Below, piece by piece: positions 17,024 to 20,000 of a DNA stretch of 20,000 nucleotides. How positions within the stretch are numbered: the first letter of the stretch is position 1; every line of letters starts with the position of its first letter. Position numbers and translations under genes: made by a program. The stretch is taken from the IMG/VR virus record IMGVR_UViG_3300035698_018446. One strand, given 5' to 3'. Source of the stretch: an uncultured virus (IMG/VR IMGVR_UViG_3300035698_018446) (lineage: Duplodnaviria; Heunggongvirae; Uroviricota; Caudoviricetes). The notes beneath the pieces were generated by a model, which was not told the origin of the DNA, did no database searches, and was given only the letters and a program-made list of their open reading frames with translations.

Positions 17024-17668
17024 ATGTCTATGCTGGTTTCACGTCTGGAGTATGTTCGCCTGCGGGCTAAGAACGTCCAAGATCATGTCTCGATCTTTGA
17101 CGTTCTCGAATATTATGCGATTCCCGTGCGCACCCACGCGCGCGAGTCACAGTTTCCTTGTCCTCTTCACGGGGATGGATCGGACTCCTCATTTAGCGCC
17201 AGAGCGTATCCCGATTCTAATGCGACTTACTGTTGGGCTTGCTCCAAAAAGCGAGACACAATAGCCTTCGTGCGCGAGCAAGAGAACCTGAGTTTCTTTG
17301 CTGCGATCAAGACGCTCGAACAGCGTTATGCTGTACCACCCCTCCCTTCCTATTTTCAGATTATTGACGATGAGTTGAAGCAAGATGAAGAGACGGGAGA
17401 GGTGCGTCTGGTCAATAGTTTGGAAGCTATGCTCAATCCTAAACCAGAGGCGCAAGTCTCTAGTGACGGGTGGGATAAGGGTAGGGCAGAGTCCATGTTA
17501 AAACGTGAAATGACCAGATACCACACGAGCCCAGAAAGAAGTCTCAAGATATGGTCCATCTTCGACATCTTAGCTTTTGAAGTATCGACAGGAATCATAT
17601 CCACAGAACTCGCGGCACCGAAGATGCACCTTCTTTTAGGCAAGGTAGGGCTCAATGCGAAAGTTTAG
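17024..17668 (+). CDS. Stand-alone CHC2 zinc-finger protein (DnaG primase zinc-binding domain), no TOPRIM domain
   Basis: CPLH (17159) and YCWAC (Cys at 17231 and 17240), followed by DTIAFVREQENLSFFAAIKTL, match the DnaG N-terminal domain. The protein is only 214 aa and has no EGxxD or DxD TOPRIM signature after the finger. Confidence 0.85.
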   Translation: MSMLVSRLEYVRLRAKNVQDHVSIFDVLEYYAIPVRTHARESQFPCPLHGDGSDSSFSARAYPDSNATYCWACSKKRDTIAFVREQENLSFFAAIKTLEQRYAVPPLPSYFQIIDDELKQDEETGEVRLVNSLEAMLNPKPEAQVSSDGWDKGRAESMLKREMTRYHTSPERSLKIWSIFDILAFEVSTGIISTELAAPKMHLLLGKVGLNAKV

Positions 17669-18113
17669 TCTGGTAGACAAGACATGGGGGGAGTACAAGA
17701 TATTGCTCATCCGCTATGGCTCAGATGGGGTGTGGGAGCCCGCATGGCAGGCTTTACAGCACTCGGATAAGTGGTCTTGGATACGTCTTCAAATGCTCCC
17801 GATTAATGATGGCGATCTGTGGGAAAATGCTATGCACGGGTATCCCCTCCCCCTCATTCGTATCTTGAAAACACCGCCCAAAATATCTATCTCTAGGTGC
17901 CCGGACACACAAACTTCCTGTAAGCACGACAAAGTGTGTCCCTCTTATAATAGCGTCTCCTGTCACTTTCACACACTCAAAGCCCCCCTGTGTTTTGAAG
18001 TCTTTGAAGGTGATAATTCTCTACGACATGTGCTACATGTGATAAGGGATGCATGGCTTGAAGGCCGTTATATCCTATTAGTGCCCGATACATTTGAGGA
18101 GAACGCCCCATGA
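17655..18113 (+). CDS. Hypothetical Cys/Trp-rich protein (152 aa)
   Basis: It overlaps the upstream gene by 14 nt and the polymerase start by ATGA. Five Cys are clustered at 17898-17993. Confidence 0.65.
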   Translation: MRKFSLVDKTWGEYKILLIRYGSDGVWEPAWQALQHSDKWSWIRLQMLPINDGDLWENAMHGYPLPLIRILKTPPKISISRCPDTQTSCKHDKVCPSYNSVSCHFHTLKAPLCFEVFEGDNSLRHVLHVIRDAWLEGRYILLVPDTFEENAP

Positions 18114-20000
18114 GTCTGTTTGGTTCTGATTTCGATGAAATAGCCATTAAAGACTACAATAAGCGGCACATGCCTTCTGAGCTGAGTCCTCTCCCATGGA
18201 TGGAGTCCTGTCATTTCATTGGAATCCATACAAAAGAAGAGCTAGCTACCTTAATTGACGAATGCGTCACGAAGCCTTATGTTGCGCTGGATTTGGAGAC
18301 GACAGGTCTGGACAGTCGTATCTTTGGAGGGAAGACCGCCGATCAAATCGTAGGTTATTGCATCTCCCCCGATGGAGTTCGTGGCTATTATGTTCCCGTT
18401 TTGCATGGGGAGGAGTATGCCCGCCAAAATCTACCCCCCACCTATGTGACAGAGCAGATCCGAAAGCTCTGTAATGGCACTGTAATTATTGTTCACAATT
18501 CCACCTTCGACTTGGAATTCTTATATGGTACGGGCATTGAAATAGATGCATCCAAGAGTTTTGAAGACACACTTATTCTCGACTACCTACGCGCGAGCAA
18601 TGAAAAGAGGCACGGTCTAAAGCATCTAGCCAAGACACGTCTAGGACCGCTTGTAGATGGTGTGCCTTCTGGACACGAGATGTTTGAGCTGGCGCAGCTC
18701 TTCCCTCCCGGTGATAAGAAAGACTTGAATTTCTCACGTCTTGATCCTTACGCGCTCAATACGCTGCGCTACGCATGTTCGGATGCGATCAATACTTTTC
18801 TCTTGTATGAGAATTTGAAGTGGGTCGCGGTTGAGCAAAAAGCGATTTACAATATCGAGAAGTCTTGTGTCGCCGCGTCACGTTGGATGGAGCGCAATCG
18901 CCCTACGATCGCCGTGGATACTCTCAAGAGGATCGACGCCGAGATCCAGATCATCTTGGAAGATACAATTGAGAACATTTATCAGGAATTGCTTCCGGCC
19001 ATGGCGGTGGTACAGGATCAGTTTTACGAGAGCGTGCGGATAGACCTAGAGCGTTTGGGAAAGAGCTATAAGTACTACGAATTTTCGCAAAAGACCTATG
19101 GGGAGGCTGTCAGGGCCACTTATGACGTGAAGTCGCCAAAACAACTTGGCGATGTCATGGAGTTCTTGTACAGGCACAGGTCATTTACGGGTTTTGACGT
19201 GGCGCTCACCTATACGGGAGAAGAGAACGCTGTAAGACGACAGGTCGCAACAGCTTCGGAAAATATTGAGCTTTATGTGAAGAGTCACGGCCACTTATTC
19301 CCTTTCCTTCGCCGCGTCAACACTTACCGTACCTTGCAGAAAGTGGCGGGCACATACATCAAACCCCTGTATGAAAACGCCGATCCGAGAGACAACACGA
19401 CGCGTTTCTCTTTCAACGGGTTCGCAGTGGATACAGGCCGCTTTTCCGCGTCAAAGGGCAGCATTGAGGCGGGGTACAGCGGGATCAATGTGCAGTCGAT
19501 GCCCGCCTGTTACAACGTCGCAAAATTTCCCGTGCGCGTCGTTTATGATCGGCCTAGGGGTTCAGGGGTAGGGGCGCAGCATCCTGATCTTGTAGCAGCG
19601 ATCAATAAGCGCGGGTTTATTCGTCGAATCTACGACGGCCATTTTATCCAAGAGCTGACAAGTGGCGCCGAATTGTGCGTTAGGGACTCCTGTGAAGGAT
19701 GTCCAATGCTTTCTCAATGTGATCATGGGGAGACAGAAAATCGACGCATGGTTTCATTGGAGTCTTCAGCCCGTTTAGGTATTACGGCGCGAGATGCGGA
19801 TCATATTCTTGTGGGTTCAGACGAGAGTGGTGTTGAGTTGCGTGTGGCCGCGAATGCTGCGATGGAGCCAAAATGGATTGACGAGTTTTTCCGATGTGGA
19901 ACTTGCGGTCATGCTTTTGACGAAGAGCGCCTCACCCGAACGGCCCCACCTAAGCTGTGTCCAGTGTATGAGTCAGACAAGATCGGGGACTTGCACACAC
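18110..20000 (+). CDS. polA: Family A DNA polymerase (3'-5' exonuclease plus polymerase, no 5'-3' exonuclease), 3'-truncated by the window
   Basis: Hand translation shows 630 open codons from ATG 18110 (SD GAGGAG 18096-18101). Motifs are ExoI ALDLETTG, ExoII HNSTFD, ExoIII YACSD, thumb KSPKQL, DTGRFSAS...INVQSMP, motif A GSDESGVELR, and GDLHT at the window end. It is missing from the ORF track because no stop lies in the window. Confidence 0.95.
   Translation, partial: MSLFGSDFDEIAIKDYNKRHMPSELSPLPWMESCHFIGIHTKEELATLIDECVTKPYVALDLETTGLDSRIFGGKTADQIVGYCISPDGVRGYYVPVLHGEEYARQNLPPTYVTEQIRKLCNGTVIIVHNSTFDLEFLYGTGIEIDASKSFEDTLILDYLRASNEKRHGLKHLAKTRLGPLVDGVPSGHEMFELAQLFPPGDKKDLNFSRLDPYALNTLRYACSDAINTFLLYENLKWVAVEQKAIYNIEKSCVAASRWMERNRPTIAVDTLKRIDAEIQIILEDTIENIYQELLPAMAVVQDQFYESVRIDLERLGKSYKYYEFSQKTYGEAVRATYDVKSPKQLGDVMEFLYRHRSFTGFDVALTYTGEENAVRRQVATASENIELYVKSHGHLFPFLRRVNTYRTLQKVAGTYIKPLYENADPRDNTTRFSFNGFAVDTGRFSASKGSIEAGYSGINVQSMPACYNVAKFPVRVVYDRPRGSGVGAQHPDLVAAINKRGFIRRIYDGHFIQELTSGAELCVRDSCEGCPMLSQCDHGETENRRMVSLESSARLGITARDADHILVGSDESGVELRVAANAAMEPKWIDEFFRCGTCGHAFDEERLTRTAPPKLCPVYESDKIGDLHT

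Noticed and set aside
238..19571. Numerous short minus-strand and alternate-frame ORFs in the track (for example 16527-16964, 11562-11942, 18262-18474, 18831-19043, 19371-19571)
   Set aside because: They are shadows overlapping well-supported plus-strand genes, including the unlisted polA, and have no recognisable motifs.
19505..19771. PolA insertion as an intein or intron
   Set aside because: It has a Cys near its start but no C-terminal HN/HQ followed by C/S/T and no LAGLIDADG motif. It is shorter than mini-inteins, and the frame is uninterrupted.
1..20000. CRISPR array, tRNA/rRNA, integrase/transposase, or reverse transcriptase/DGR
   Set aside because: There is almost no intergenic space, and I saw no repeat-spacer pattern or corresponding motifs by eye.

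Overview
This window looks like a gene-dense, entirely plus-strand fragment of a large tailed dsDNA phage (or prophage) that probably infects a diderm bacterium. It has three co-oriented modules. (1) About 1-11.2 kb holds four probable virion genes: a 5'-truncated structural protein, a 1445-aa tail-spike-like protein with a C-terminal beta-helix, a 202-aa protein, and a 1469-aa protein with a DUF6519/DUF4815-like N-terminus. (2) About 11.2-13.1 kb is a membrane/lysis-like cassette: a holin-like protein, a strong hairpin, and an unusual ORF joining an inner-membrane-anchored domain in frame to a signal peptide plus an outer-membrane beta-barrel-like domain. (3) About 13.1-20 kb is a replication module: SNF2-like helicase, a DnaC-like protein with lost Walker motifs, a DnaB helicase with a variant Walker A, a stand-alone CHC2 primase zinc finger without TOPRIM, a Cys-rich protein, and a family A DNA polymerase. 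The polymerase (18110 to beyond 20000) is absent from the ORF track and was translated by hand. It carries three insertions: one in the thumb, one with a Cys cluster of Fe-S-like spacing, and one resembling a zinc ribbon. All family calls come from motif recognition by eye; no searches were run.
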